Positions 50,831 through 61,803 of a stretch of DNA of 64,000 nucleotides are shown piece by piece (position 1 is the first letter of the stretch; every line of letters starts with the position of its first letter). The DNA comes from Alphaproteobacteria bacterium (GTDB lineage: Bacteria > Pseudomonadota > Alphaproteobacteria > UBA6615): contig CBDHEC010000003.1 of the NCBI GenBank assembly GCA_965261975.1, positions 1 to 64,000 of the forward strand, read 5' to 3'. The translations under genes and the position numbers were made by a program. The notes under the pieces were generated by a model. It made no database searches and had not been told where the DNA came from. It saw nothing but the letters and a program-made list of their open reading frames with translations.

Positions 50831-52855
50831 ATGGACGGATCAACTGGGATTCCGACTGAAAACAGCGCTGTGGAAAAGGCGCTCAAACTGGAAGAAAACA
50901 AGGAAATGGACCTGTTTGATTCGCTCGATTTGGAGCCTTCCGAGGCCGAATCCGCCGAATCCGATGTGCATGCGGGCGAGCCCGAAGCACAGCCGGATGT
51001 GGATAACGACCTTGTCGGCCAGGACGACGAGACCGCGAATGTCTATCAGACCGATCGCGTCCGCATCCTGATCGACCCGTCACGTGATGCGAACCTGACT
51101 GCCTTCGGCAAGGAAACCCTGGAAGACCGCTACCTTCTCAACGACGAGAAGGGTTCGCCGCAGAAGCTGTTCGCCCGCGTCGCGTGCCATTACGCCGACG
51201 ATTCGGAACACGCCCAGCGCATCTACGACTATATCTCCAACCTCTGGTTCATGCCGGCGACCCCCGTTCTGTCGAACGGCGGCACCGAGCGCGGCCTGCC
51301 GATCTCCTGCTTCCTCAACGAGGCCTCGGATTCTCTCGAGGGTATCGTCGATCTGTGGAACGAGAATGTCTGGCTCGCGGCCCGCGGCGGCGGCATCGGC
51401 AGCTACTGGGGCAACCTGCGTTCCATTGGCGAGCAGGTCGGTCATAACGGCAAGACCTCGGGCGTCGTCCCCTTCATCCGGGTCATGGATTCGCTCACGC
51501 TCGCCATCAGCCAGGGCTCCCTGCGGCGCGGCTCGGCGGCGGTCTACCTGCCGATCGACCATCCGGAAATCGAGGAGTTCATCGAGATCCGCCGGCCGAC
51601 CGGCGGCGATCCGAATCGCAAGGCCCAGAACCTGCACCATGGCGTGCTGGTGTCCGACGCGTTCATGCGCGCGGTCGAGGCCGACGAGGACTGGGCGCTG
51701 GTCAGCCCGAAGGACCGCGCCCCGATCGCCACGGTCAAGGCGCGCAGCCTTTGGATTCGCCTGCTGACCGCACGGATCGAGACCGGCGAGCCTTACATCG
51801 TCTATTCCGACACCGTGAACAGCAATGTGCCCGAGCATCAGAAACTCGCGGGCCTGACGGTCAAGACCTCGAACCTGTGCTCCGAAATCACCCTGCCCAC
51901 GGGCATCGACCATCTCGGTAATGACCGGACCGCCGTGTGCTGCCTGTCGTCGCTGAATGTCGAGAACTTCATCGAGTGGAAGGACCACCCGACCTTCATC
52001 GAGGACGTAATGCGTTTCCTCGACAATGTGCTGACCGACTTCATCGAGAATGCGCCCGACAGCTTCGCCAAGGCCAAGTATTCCGCCGCGCGCGAGCGTT
52101 CGGTCGGGCTCGGCGTGATGGGGCTGCACTCGTTCCTGCAGGACCAGATGGTGCCGTTCGAATCCGCCGTCGCGAAGGCTTGGAACAAGAAGATGTTCAA
52201 GCATATCCGCGGCCAGGCCGACGCGGCCTCGAAGAAACTCGCGGCCGAACGGGGTGCGTGCCTCGACGCCGAGGAATATGACTTCGAAGAGCGCTTCTCG
52301 AACAAGATGGCAATCGCGCCGACCGCATCGATCTCGATCATCTGCGGCGGTGCCTCGCCGGGCATCGAGCCGATCGCGGCCAACAGCTTCACCCACAAGA
52401 CCCTGTCGGGCTCGTTCAACGTGCGCTCCAAGGCGCTGCAGAAGCTGCTCGACGAGAAAGGGCAGAATACGGACGAGACCTGGTCGTCGATCACGGCCAA
52501 CGAAGGCTCGGTCCAGCACCTGGACTTCCTGACCCAGGACGAGAAGGACGTGTTCAAGACGGCCTTCGAGATCGATCAGCGCTGGGTCATCGACCTGGCC
52601 GCGGACCGGTCGCCCGAGGTCTGCCAGTCCCAGTCGCTCAACGTCTTCCTGCCGGCGGATGTGCACAAGCGCGACCTGCACCAGATCCATTTCCAGGCCT
52701 GGAAGAAGGGCGTGAAGAGCCTTTACTACTGCCGCTCCAAATCGCTGCAACGCTCCGAGAGCGTGGCCGCGCTGGTGCCGGTGACGGCCGACGACGAGGC
52801 AGACCGCGCCGCGGCCAGCCGAAACGATTACGAAGAGTGCCTCGCCTGCCAGTAG
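50831..52855 (+). CDS. nrdA: Ribonucleotide reductase class Ia alpha subunit (short form, no ATP cone)
   Basis: PISCF, SNLCSEI, APTAS, SLYY, C-terminal CLAC. Confidence 0.96.
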   Translation: MDGSTGIPTENSAVEKALKLEENKEMDLFDSLDLEPSEAESAESDVHAGEPEAQPDVDNDLVGQDDETANVYQTDRVRILIDPSRDANLTAFGKETLEDRYLLNDEKGSPQKLFARVACHYADDSEHAQRIYDYISNLWFMPATPVLSNGGTERGLPISCFLNEASDSLEGIVDLWNENVWLAARGGGIGSYWGNLRSIGEQVGHNGKTSGVVPFIRVMDSLTLAISQGSLRRGSAAVYLPIDHPEIEEFIEIRRPTGGDPNRKAQNLHHGVLVSDAFMRAVEADEDWALVSPKDRAPIATVKARSLWIRLLTARIETGEPYIVYSDTVNSNVPEHQKLAGLTVKTSNLCSEITLPTGIDHLGNDRTAVCCLSSLNVENFIEWKDHPTFIEDVMRFLDNVLTDFIENAPDSFAKAKYSAARERSVGLGVMGLHSFLQDQMVPFESAVAKAWNKKMFKHIRGQADAASKKLAAERGACLDAEEYDFEERFSNKMAIAPTASISIICGGASPGIEPIAANSFTHKTLSGSFNVRSKALQKLLDEKGQNTDETWSSITANEGSVQHLDFLTQDEKDVFKTAFEIDQRWVIDLAADRSPEVCQSQSLNVFLPADVHKRDLHQIHFQAWKKGVKSLYYCRSKSLQRSESVAALVPVTADDEADRAAASRNDYEECLACQ

Positions 52856-52947
52856 GCAAGTGACGAAATACCGATGCGTAACGCCCCGGGCCGCTTCCTG
52901 AAAACTAGCGGCACCGGGGCCTCGTATCCGAGGGAGAGGAAAAAGCA

Positions 52948-53907
52948 ATGTCGCTTCTCGAAGAGCGCGTTCAGTACAAGCCGTTCAGCTATCCGTGGGC
53001 CTATGACGCCTGGCTGATGCAGCAGCGTGTCCATTGGCTGCCCGAAGAGGTGCCCCTGGCCGACGATGTGAAGGACTGGCATCGCACGCTGTCAAACGGC
53101 GAGCGCAACCTGCTCACGCATATTTTCCGATTCTTCACGCAAGCCGATGTGGAAGTGAATAATTGCTACATGAAGCATTATTCGCAGGTCTTCAAACCCA
53201 CCGAAGTGCAGATGATGCTGGCGGCGTTCTCCAATATCGAGACCGTGCACATCTCCGCCTACTCCCATCTGCTCGACACGATCGGCATGCCCGAGACCGA
53301 GTATTCGGCCTTCCTCAAGTATCAGCAGATGAAGGACAAATACGACTACATGCAGGAGTTCGGGATCGAGACGAACCGGGACATCGCGCTCACGCTCGCG
53401 ATGTTCGGCGCGTTCACCGAGGGGCTGCAACTGTTCGCCTCCTTCGCGATCCTGATGAACTTCCCGCGCTTCAACAAGATGAAGGGCATGGGCCAGATCG
53501 TGACCTGGTCGGTGCGCGACGAGAGCCTGCACACCCAGTCGGTGATCAAGCTGTTCCGCACCTTCATCCACGAGAACCCGGAAATCTGGGACGAGGATTT
53601 CCAGCGCGAGCTTTACGTGGCCTGCGAGACCGTCCTCACCCATGAGGACGCGTTTATCGACCTCGCCTTCGAGATGGGCGGCATCGAGGGGCTCGAGGGC
53701 CGCGAGGTGAAGGAATATATCCGCTACATCGCCGACCGCCGCCTCTCGCAGCTCGGCCTGCAGCCGGTCTACCGGATCGAGAAGAACCCGCTGCCCTGGA
53801 TGGAAGAGATGCTCAACGGCGTCGAGCACGCGAACTTCTTCGAGAACCGGGCCACGGAATATTCCAAGGCCGCGACCGAAGGCAGCTGGGAAGAGGCCTT
53901 CGAGTAG
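52948..53907 (+). CDS. nrdB: Ribonucleotide reductase beta subunit
   Basis: WLPEEV, ETVH..AY, DESLH, NFFE.RATEY. Confidence 0.96.
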   Translation: MSLLEERVQYKPFSYPWAYDAWLMQQRVHWLPEEVPLADDVKDWHRTLSNGERNLLTHIFRFFTQADVEVNNCYMKHYSQVFKPTEVQMMLAAFSNIETVHISAYSHLLDTIGMPETEYSAFLKYQQMKDKYDYMQEFGIETNRDIALTLAMFGAFTEGLQLFASFAILMNFPRFNKMKGMGQIVTWSVRDESLHTQSVIKLFRTFIHENPEIWDEDFQRELYVACETVLTHEDAFIDLAFEMGGIEGLEGREVKEYIRYIADRRLSQLGLQPVYRIEKNPLPWMEEMLNGVEHANFFENRATEYSKAATEGSWEEAFE

Positions 53908-53949
53908 GCCGATCCTTGATCGTCACGCGAACGTGCTGAAAATCGTCCC

Positions 53950-55716
53950 GTGACCACCGCGCAGATCATCATCTTCGCCATTCTCGGCCTGTCCCTCGTG
54001 TTCTTCATGTGGGGCCGCTGGCGCTACGACATCGTTGCCTTCACCGCATTGATTCTCGCCGTGATCGGCGGCGTTGTGCCGACCGACCTGGCGTTCCGGG
54101 GTTTCGGTCATCCCGCCGTCATTACCGTCGCCGCCGTGCTCGTGATCAGCCGCACCCTGCAGGTCTCCGGCGTCATCGACCTGATCGCGGGTGCTGTCCT
54201 GCGCATGGCGAAAGGCCAGGGCAGCCAGATGACGGCCTTGTCGGGCATCGGGGCGGTGCTGTCGGCCTTTATGAACAATGTCGGGGCGCTGGCCCTGCTC
54301 ATGCCGCTAGCACTGCGCCTGTCGGAGCGGCCGTCGGCCGTGCTGATGCCCCTGTCGTTTGCCACCATCCTCGGCGGCCTCGTGACCCTTATCGGCACCC
54401 CGCCGAACATCATCGTCGCCACCTTCCGCACCGACATCACCGGCGAGCCGTTTGCGCTCTTCGATTTCGCCTTCGTCGGCCTGCCGATCGCGCTGGTCGG
54501 GCTGGTCTTCGTGCTGCTGATCGGCTGGCGCCTGATCCCCTCGGACCGCACAAGCCGTCGCTCGGCCGAGGAGATGTTCGACCTGGATTCCTATGTGGTC
54601 GAGGTTTCCGTCAACGAAGAGTCCGAATATATCGGCAAGACCGTGCGCGAACTCGAGGCCCTCGACGAGGACCGCTCAATCGTCGTCGGTTTATTGCGCG
54701 ACGACACCCGCCGCCTGACACACATCTGGGGCGAGCGGCTGCGCGAGGGTGATCTGTTGCTGCTGCGCGTCGACCCGGCGAGCGTGGATGAGTTGCTCAA
54801 GAAGGCCGGCCTGACCCTCACCGGCGCGGAACGCCTCGAAGAAGAGAACATCCGCTCCGACCAGGTGGGCACCGTCGAAGCGGTGGTGCAGCCCGGCTCC
54901 CGCATCGAGGGGCGCAGCCCCCAGACCCTCGGCATGCGCCGGCGTTTCGGGGTCGCATTGCTTGCCGTCGCGCGGGAAGGCCAGCCCATCCGCGAGCGCC
55001 TCGCGCGCACGCAGTTCCGCGCCGGCGATGTGTTGCTGTTGCAGGGTGACGAGGAAGAGCTGGCCGACGCGGTCGCCGAGATGGGCTGTTTGCCGCTGGC
55101 CGAACGGCGACTGACCGTCGGCAAACCGCGCGCGGTACTGATCCCGGTCCTGATCTTCACGGCCTCCGTCCTCTCGACCGTGATGGGCTGGACGCCCGTA
55201 CATGTGTCTTTCGCGGCCGCCGTGGTGGCGCTCATCCTGCTCAACCGGATCAGCGCCAACGAGGCCTATCAGACCATCGAGTGGCCGGTGATCGTGTTGC
55301 TGGGGGCGATGATCCCGCTGGGCAACGCGCTGCAGTCCACCGGCGGCACCCAGCTGATTGCCGAGAGCATCGTCGGCCTGTCGGGCAGCATCCCGATCTG
55401 GGCGGTACTGACCATCGTGCTGGTGGTGACCATGACCCTGTCGGACCTGATGAACAACGCCGCGACGGCCATCGTCATGGCGCCGATCTCGGTCGCGATC
55501 GCCAACCAGCTCGGGGTCAATGCCGACCCGTTCCTCATGGCGGTCGCCATCGGCGCATCCTGCGCCTTCCTCACGCCGATTGGCCACCAGAACAACGTGC
55601 TGGTCATGGGCCCGGGCGGCTACCGCTTCGGGGACTACTGGCGCATGGGCCTGCCACTCGAGATCATCATCGTCGCCACCTCCGTACCCCTGATCCTGGT
55701 CTTCTGGCCGCTCTAG
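53950..55716 (+). CDS. SLC13/CitMHS-type permease with TrkA-C domains
   Basis: SAFMNN, TLIGTPPN, two RCK_C-like domains, FLTPIGHQ.N, GGYRFGDY. Confidence 0.9.
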   Translation: MTTAQIIIFAILGLSLVFFMWGRWRYDIVAFTALILAVIGGVVPTDLAFRGFGHPAVITVAAVLVISRTLQVSGVIDLIAGAVLRMAKGQGSQMTALSGIGAVLSAFMNNVGALALLMPLALRLSERPSAVLMPLSFATILGGLVTLIGTPPNIIVATFRTDITGEPFALFDFAFVGLPIALVGLVFVLLIGWRLIPSDRTSRRSAEEMFDLDSYVVEVSVNEESEYIGKTVRELEALDEDRSIVVGLLRDDTRRLTHIWGERLREGDLLLLRVDPASVDELLKKAGLTLTGAERLEEENIRSDQVGTVEAVVQPGSRIEGRSPQTLGMRRRFGVALLAVAREGQPIRERLARTQFRAGDVLLLQGDEEELADAVAEMGCLPLAERRLTVGKPRAVLIPVLIFTASVLSTVMGWTPVHVSFAAAVVALILLNRISANEAYQTIEWPVIVLLGAMIPLGNALQSTGGTQLIAESIVGLSGSIPIWAVLTIVLVVTMTLSDLMNNAATAIVMAPISVAIANQLGVNADPFLMAVAIGASCAFLTPIGHQNNVLVMGPGGYRFGDYWRMGLPLEIIIVATSVPLILVFWPL

Positions 55717-55771
55717 TGGCGAGCTTCGGCATGACGGCCTAAACTTGCCGGACCGCAGGGAGGGGAACGCC

Positions 55772-56947
55772 ATGCAGACCATCGACATCAGCCCGGAAGA
55801 AATGGCGCCGCATATCGCGCGCTTCAACGAACAGGAATCCCAGTCGGCGCACTACGCCGAGGAGACCGGAATTCCGCGCGAAGCCTACGAGATCATGGCC
55901 GCGGAGACGCTCTACCTGATGATGGCACCCGAGACCCAGGGCGGCCCGATGGCCCAACGGCCGGCGGTTGCGGGCGAACCGGGCACGAGTGTGATCATCG
56001 CGCGTTGCCCGCCGGGCGACAAACCGCTGCTGCACGCCCATCACTTCACCGTCGAGAGCTTCATGTGCCTGACCGGACGGTTTCGCATCCGCTGGGGCAG
56101 CGCGGGCGAACAGCAGATCGACCTCGACCCCCATGACATGATCGCGGTGCCGCCGGGCGTGGACCGCCAGTTCGAGAACATCACGGATGAAGAGGCGCTG
56201 CTGCTGGTGATTATCACCGGCACGAGTGATGAGGATTTCTCGGACCTCTCCATGCCACCGGGCGAGACCGAGTTCATGCGCGCCAAATTCGGCCAGGATG
56301 TGCTCGATGCCTACACGAAAATCGGCACCGCCTGGCGCCATGCCGACGGGCATGTCGAGGGCCCGAAGGTTCCCGCACCGATCGAGATATCCGACGCCGT
56401 GATGGCGACGCGCCTCGCGCGGCTTGACGACATGCAGCCGCTTTCGGCGACCTCGGGCGAGTCGATCGGCGTGCCTCGCGAGGCCCGCGAGATGGTCGCG
56501 GCGAAGAATCTCTACCTGTTGATGGCACCGGAGAACCAGGGTGGGCCCATGGCGCACCACGCAGCCATCCAGGGGCCTGACAATATCAGCGTCCTGATCG
56601 CCGAATGCCCGCCGGGCGACAGCCCCCTGCTCCACGCCCATCACTACACGGTCGAAACCTTCATGTGCCTCACCGGGCGCTTCCGCATCCGTTGGGGCGA
56701 GGAAGGCCAGGACCATATCGACCTTGATCCCTACGACATGATCGCCGTGCCACCGGGGGTGGACCGCCAGTTCGAGAATATTTCGGACGACGACGCACGC
56801 CTGCTGGTGGTCATCACCGGCACCTCACGCGAGGACTACAACGATATCTCGATGCCGCCGAAATCGACGGCTGTCATCCGCGAGCGCTTCGGCCAGGATG
56901 TCATCGACGCCTACGGCCAACGCGGTGTGACGTTCCGGGAGGGTTAA
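55772..56947 (+). CDS. Internally duplicated bicupin protein
   Basis: Two near-identical halves with PLLHAHH.TVE.FMCLTGRF and VPPGVDRQFEN. Confidence 0.85.
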   Translation: MQTIDISPEEMAPHIARFNEQESQSAHYAEETGIPREAYEIMAAETLYLMMAPETQGGPMAQRPAVAGEPGTSVIIARCPPGDKPLLHAHHFTVESFMCLTGRFRIRWGSAGEQQIDLDPHDMIAVPPGVDRQFENITDEEALLLVIITGTSDEDFSDLSMPPGETEFMRAKFGQDVLDAYTKIGTAWRHADGHVEGPKVPAPIEISDAVMATRLARLDDMQPLSATSGESIGVPREAREMVAAKNLYLLMAPENQGGPMAHHAAIQGPDNISVLIAECPPGDSPLLHAHHYTVETFMCLTGRFRIRWGEEGQDHIDLDPYDMIAVPPGVDRQFENISDDDARLLVVITGTSREDYNDISMPPKSTAVIRERFGQDVIDAYGQRGVTFREG

Positions 56948-56955
56948 CCGGGCCC

Positions 56956-57504
56956 TCACTTCGCTTGGGACGCGTCGTACTCGGCGATGATCCGGTTGGC
57001 ATCCTCGGTATATTCCGCCTCGGGGAACTCGCCGCCGATGACGAACAGCATCGTGGCCTCTTCCTCGCCTTCCGGCGCCTCGATGCACGAGAAGCGTCGG
57101 ATAACGCCGGGCGGAAACGACACGACATCGCATGGCCCGGCATCGACATACTCATAGTCGTCGCCCTCGTTCCAGTGACAGCGCCACTTGCCGTTGATCG
57201 GCATGAATGTCTCGTTGGTGTCGTGGTTGTGCATAAGAGGCCCCTTGCCCGGCTTGCACTTCACGAAACCCAGATTGAAGCCCTCGAAAATATCGATGGC
57301 CGCACGCTGGGACGATTCGGCACCGACCGGCGATTCCATGCTGCCATCCTGGGGCGGGCGAAAACCGATGATGTTGATCAGCTCCTTCTCGCACTGGGGC
57401 AAATGGCTTTCGGGAAGCCCTTCCTTGGAACCGCTCTGGTCCTTGAACAGGGCCACGCGCTTCATCATCTCCTCGCGGGTCCACACTCTTGGTTCCGGCA
57501 TCAT
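56956..57504 (-). CDS. Cupin domain protein
   Basis: PGKGPLMHNHDTNETFM...FPPGVIRRF; AGGAG RBS. Confidence 0.85.
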   Translation of the reverse strand: MMPEPRVWTREEMMKRVALFKDQSGSKEGLPESHLPQCEKELINIIGFRPPQDGSMESPVGAESSQRAAIDIFEGFNLGFVKCKPGKGPLMHNHDTNETFMPINGKWRCHWNEGDDYEYVDAGPCDVVSFPPGVIRRFSCIEAPEGEEEATMLFVIGGEFPEAEYTEDANRIIAEYDASQAK

Positions 57505-57631
57505 GTGACGTCTCCTGGGTTTTTGTTCGAGCAATCCAACCTGCACCGAGAGACGGCACCCTCAGAGGCTGACTCGACCTACCGTAGAGATGGACAAGAG
57601 TACTTAGAATTATATAATTAATATATACTCT

Positions 57632-57646
57632 ATCTAAATTTTAGAT
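57632..57646. promoter_or_regulatory. LysR-type binding palindrome
   Basis: ATCTAAA-T-TTTAGAT (T-N11-A) in the AT-rich divergent region. Confidence 0.6.
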
Positions 57647-57663
57647 GCTTACTCGGATCGGTC

Positions 57664-58593
57664 ATGGATATCCCGCAATTGCAGTATTTCCTCGCCGTTG
57701 CACGCGCCGGAAGCTTCAGCGCGGCGGCGGAATCGGTACGCATTGCCCAGTCTGCGCTCAGCCGCCAGGTGGCCCTTCTGGAGAGCGAGCTCGGCACGCA
57801 ACTGTTCGACCGAACGGCCCGCGGCGTGGCCCTGACCGAGGCAGGCAGCATGTTTCAGGCCCGGGTTCAGTCGATTCTCGGACAACTCGCGGACGCCCGG
57901 CAGGAAGCTATAGCGCGCGCAGACGAGCCGGTCGGCGAGGTCGGGATTGCTATTCCGCCCTCATTGCGAAACTTCCTGACGACGCGTGTGATCTCCCAAT
58001 TCCGCAAGGCGCACCCCGGGGTCTACTTTCGTGTCGCAGAGGGCACGACCCAGCAATCGCGGGAAATGTTGATGCGCGGCGAAGCCGATATCGCTCTCAT
58101 ATCGACGATCGAGGATGGCAGCGACCTGACCTGTACCCCTCTATTGACCGAAGCGTTGATGCTGGTCGGACCTCGCGACTGCGGTTTGCGCCTGGATAAG
58201 CCGATCCCGGTGGCGGATCTGGCATCTGTCCCCCTGATCGTCACCCCTCGACCCAACAGCCTGCGGCGGATTATCGATGACGCGCTACGCGCAGATAACC
58301 TCAAGGCCAACGCAAGTGTAGAGGCGACCCTCGGGGGCCTGATCACGGATCTCGTCTCGCAAGTCGGAGACTATACCGTCCTGCCCTACAGCGGCGTGCG
58401 CGACGAAATTCGTCGCGGCACTGTCGCCGCGGCTCCGATCAGCTCGCTCAATATCTCCTGGCTCCTTGCGCGGGTACGCGGACGACCGGAAACGGTCGCA
58501 GCACGCCGGCTTTCCGAAATGTTGCGTGCGCTTGCCGCTGAACTCGTCGACGCCGGGGATTGGCCGACCGCACGCCTGAACTTCAAGGCCTAG
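57664..58593 (+). CDS. LysR family transcriptional regulator
   Basis: GSFSAAA...QSALSRQV..LE.ELG..LF.R HTH. Confidence 0.95.
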   Translation: MDIPQLQYFLAVARAGSFSAAAESVRIAQSALSRQVALLESELGTQLFDRTARGVALTEAGSMFQARVQSILGQLADARQEAIARADEPVGEVGIAIPPSLRNFLTTRVISQFRKAHPGVYFRVAEGTTQQSREMLMRGEADIALISTIEDGSDLTCTPLLTEALMLVGPRDCGLRLDKPIPVADLASVPLIVTPRPNSLRRIIDDALRADNLKANASVEATLGGLITDLVSQVGDYTVLPYSGVRDEIRRGTVAAAPISSLNISWLLARVRGRPETVAARRLSEMLRALAAELVDAGDWPTARLNFKA

Positions 58594-58940
58594 ATCAGGT
58601 CCTCGAGCGTGCGCTGCTGCTCGGGCTTCCAGCCGACCAGCACGCCCGCCTCGGTCTCGATCACCGGGCGTTTGATCAGGGTCGGATTCTCCGCCATCAG
58701 CTGCAGCCCGATATCCTCGGTCACGTTCTCACGGATCACCTCGTCGAGGTTCCGCCAGGTGGTGCTGCCGCGATTGAGAAGGACTTCCCAGCCCACTTCC
58801 ATGGCCCACTCGGTGAGCTTGTCGTTGTCGACACCATCGGCGCGAACGTCGAGGAAACGGTGTGGCGTCTCGCGACGCTCCAGCCATTTCAACGCCTTCT
58901 TGGTCATGTCGCAGCTCTTCAGGCCGTAGACCGTCAGCAT
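58590..58940 (-). CDS. ArsC/Spx/YffB family protein
   Basis: YGLKSCD, LLNRGSTTWR, PTLIKRPV. Confidence 0.9.
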   Translation of the reverse strand: MLTVYGLKSCDMTKKALKWLERRETPHRFLDVRADGVDNDKLTEWAMEVGWEVLLNRGSTTWRNLDEVIRENVTEDIGLQLMAENPTLIKRPVIETEAGVLVGWKPEQQRTLEDLI

Positions 58941-59068
58941 GTCGGCGTCCTCTCATCTCGTCTTATGGACATTGCGGGTTTGTGGGTTTGGCGCACCCGA
59001 CGGGGCGCGTTAACCTGTCGTGTAACACGCGGATATAGGAAAATCCGAGTCCCGGACAAGTCATTGAA

Positions 59069-60457
59069 ATGTCAGATAACGCACAAACACTTATCCGCCC
59101 GCCCGCGATCGCCGGCACTTTCTATCCCGCCGCGCCCGATGCGCTGACGAATATGATCGACGCCTGCATGGCCGGTGCACGCGATAACGGCCTGTCGCCC
59201 AAGGCGCTGATCGCGCCCCATGCCGGCTATATCTATTCCGGCCCCATCGCCGCCAACGCCTACCGGACCATCGCCGAGCGCGCGGGCGACATCACCCGGG
59301 TCGTATTGCTCGGCCCGCCCCACCGGGTGGCGGTGCCGAAATTCTGTGTCCCGGCGGCACATACCTTCCGCACACCCCTGGGCGATGTGCCGATCGACGC
59401 GGCGGGGATATCCGCCGCCCTGAAGGTGCCGGGCGTCGAGCAATCGGATGCCCCCCACGCCGAGGAACACAGCCTGGAGATCCACCTGCCCTTCCTGCAG
59501 CGGGTGCTGGGTGATTTCTCGCTGGTCCCGGTGCTCGTGGGCGGTCCGTCCCCGGCTGAAACGGCAGCACTTCTCGCCGCGCTGTGGGGCGGCCCGGAAA
59601 CCCTCATCCTGATCAGTTCCGACCTGAGCCACTATCACGACTATGAAAATGCCAGCCGGCTCGATCAGGACTTTCGGCGACACATCGAGACGATCAACCC
59701 GGAAAAGATCGAGGACGAGCAGGCCTGCGGACGGTTCCCGGTCAAAGGCCTGCTCGCGCGCGCGGCCGAACTGGATCTGCGGGTCACGACCCTGGACGTA
59801 CGTAACTCCGGCGACACCGGCGGGCGCGAAAATCGCGAACGGGTGGTCGGATATGGTTCCTGGGCTCTCGAATACGCGTCCACCGCCCGGCTTCGCGACG
59901 CAGACCGGGCCATGCTGATCGACGGCACCCGGCGCTCGATCGCCAACGGGCTGCGCACGGGGCGGCCGGCGGAAGTCCAGCACGGCACGTTTACGCCCTC
60001 GTTGGAGACCTACCGGGCGACCTTCGTCACCCTCACCCTCAACGACCGGCTCCGGGGTTGTGTGGGCAGCATCCTGCCGCACCGTTCACTGATCTCGGAC
60101 GTCGCCGAGAACGGCTACAAGGCGGCGTTCGGCGACCCCCGCTTTCCCAAGCTGACGCCCGAAGAAGCCGCGATGATGGATGTCTCGGTCTCGATCCTGT
60201 CTCATCCTCGGCCGATCGCGTTCGGCTCCGAGGCCGAAGCCGTCGATGCGCTGCAACCGGATGTCGACGGTGTGATCCTGCAGGCGACCGACGCCGACAG
60301 ACAAACAAGACGCGGACTGTTCCTGCCCCAGGTGTGGGAACAGGTGCCGGCGGCAGATCAGTTCCTGCGCCACCTGAAGGCCAAGGCGGGCCTGCCTCAG
60401 GACCACTGGGACGATTCGATCCGGCTCTGGCGCTACACAACCGAGACATTTCACTAG
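59069..60457 (+). CDS. amrB: AmmeMemoRadiSam protein B (Memo-like) fused to protein A (AMMECR1-like)
   Basis: AGTFYP, PHAGYIYSG, EHSLE, SSDLSHY, then FVTL...LRGCVG...DPRF...FLPQVW. Confidence 0.92.
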   Translation: MSDNAQTLIRPPAIAGTFYPAAPDALTNMIDACMAGARDNGLSPKALIAPHAGYIYSGPIAANAYRTIAERAGDITRVVLLGPPHRVAVPKFCVPAAHTFRTPLGDVPIDAAGISAALKVPGVEQSDAPHAEEHSLEIHLPFLQRVLGDFSLVPVLVGGPSPAETAALLAALWGGPETLILISSDLSHYHDYENASRLDQDFRRHIETINPEKIEDEQACGRFPVKGLLARAAELDLRVTTLDVRNSGDTGGRENRERVVGYGSWALEYASTARLRDADRAMLIDGTRRSIANGLRTGRPAEVQHGTFTPSLETYRATFVTLTLNDRLRGCVGSILPHRSLISDVAENGYKAAFGDPRFPKLTPEEAAMMDVSVSILSHPRPIAFGSEAEAVDALQPDVDGVILQATDADRQTRRGLFLPQVWEQVPAADQFLRHLKAKAGLPQDHWDDSIRLWRYTTETFH

Positions 60458-60531
60458 AAACCCGGCGCCTTGCCGCGACGTCGGGCACACCGCTAGGATT
60501 CAGCCCTCAAATCAGGCTGGGGGGCCTTCAT

Positions 60532-61803
60532 ATGAGTGACGTCATCGACGCGCGCGCGCGGCGCAAGGTTATTGCGGCCGGTATCACCGGTAACGTCCTG
60601 GAGTGGTACGACTTCGCGGTCTACGGCTTCTACGCGCCGATCATCGGTCGGCTGTTCTTCCCGTCCGACGACCCGACCGTCTCGCTGATCGCGTCGTTCG
60701 GGGCCTTTGCCGCCGGTTTCATGATGCGCCCCATCGGCGGGTTCGTATTCGGCTATATCGGCGACAAGATCGGCCGCAAGCGCGCCCTCGTTCTCTCGGT
60801 CATGCTCATGGCGATCCCCACCGGGGTGATCGGCATTCTCCCGGACCATGCGACCATCGGCATCGCCGCAGCATTCCTGATGGTGGCGATGCGCATGCTT
60901 CAGGGCCTCTCGGTCGGCGGCGAATATACCGGCTCGATCGTTTACCTGGCCGAGCATTCCCCGGCCAAGCGCCGCGGTTTCTTCACCAGCTGGACGTTGT
61001 TCGGCGCGGTCGGCGGCATCCTGCTCGGCTCGGGCGTCAGCGCGGCGGTAAGCCACTTCCTCACCGCCGACCAGGTTGCCGATTGGGGCTGGCGTCTGCC
61101 GTTCCTGGCCGGGATTCTGGTCGGCGTCGTCGGCCTGATTATCCGCCGTCACCTACCGGACATGCCGGAAGACGATGCCGCCGACAAACCGGCCAACCCG
61201 GTCGTCGAGGCGCTGACGACCCAGTGGCGCGAGATGCTCAAGGTCATCGGCTTCAACATCATCAACGCCGTCGGCTTCTACATGATGTTCGTCTATGTGG
61301 TGACCTGGCTGGTCGACCAGGTGAAGGAGCCGCGCTCCGACGCGCTGGACATCAACACGATCTCGATGGCGGTCCTGCTGGTTCTGATCCCGATATTCGG
61401 CATCCTGTCCGACAAAATCGGTCGCAAACCGCTGCTGATGTTCGGTGCCGGCGGTATCGCCATCCTGGGCTATCCGCTCATCTGGCTGATGCACCATCCC
61501 GACTTCGAGATGATCCTCGCGGGCCAGCTGGGATTCGCGGTGTTGGTGGGTGCCTATTTCGGTGGCGCGCCGGCGACCCTGACGGAGATGTTCCCGCGCC
61601 GGGTCCGGGTGAGCGCGCTTTCGGTCGGCTACAATGTGGGCCTTGCGGTCTTCGGCGGCACGACGCCGCTCATCGCGACATGGCTGATCGCGCGATCGCA
61701 CAATGATTTGTCGATTGCCTGGTACCTGATCGCTTGCGCGGTGGTCTCGTTCCTGGTGGTGCTGACCATGAAGGAAACGGCCGGCAAGCCCTTGCCGGAT
61801 TAA
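60532..61803 (+). CDS. MFS metabolite:H+ symporter (ProP-like)
   Basis: GNVLEWYDF, RPIGG, QGLSVGGE, WGWR.PF, SDKIGRK. Confidence 0.92.
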   Translation: MSDVIDARARRKVIAAGITGNVLEWYDFAVYGFYAPIIGRLFFPSDDPTVSLIASFGAFAAGFMMRPIGGFVFGYIGDKIGRKRALVLSVMLMAIPTGVIGILPDHATIGIAAAFLMVAMRMLQGLSVGGEYTGSIVYLAEHSPAKRRGFFTSWTLFGAVGGILLGSGVSAAVSHFLTADQVADWGWRLPFLAGILVGVVGLIIRRHLPDMPEDDAADKPANPVVEALTTQWREMLKVIGFNIINAVGFYMMFVYVVTWLVDQVKEPRSDALDINTISMAVLLVLIPIFGILSDKIGRKPLLMFGAGGIAILGYPLIWLMHHPDFEMILAGQLGFAVLVGAYFGGAPATLTEMFPRRVRVSALSVGYNVGLAVFGGTTPLIATWLIARSHNDLSIAWYLIACAVVSFLVVLTMKETAGKPLPD

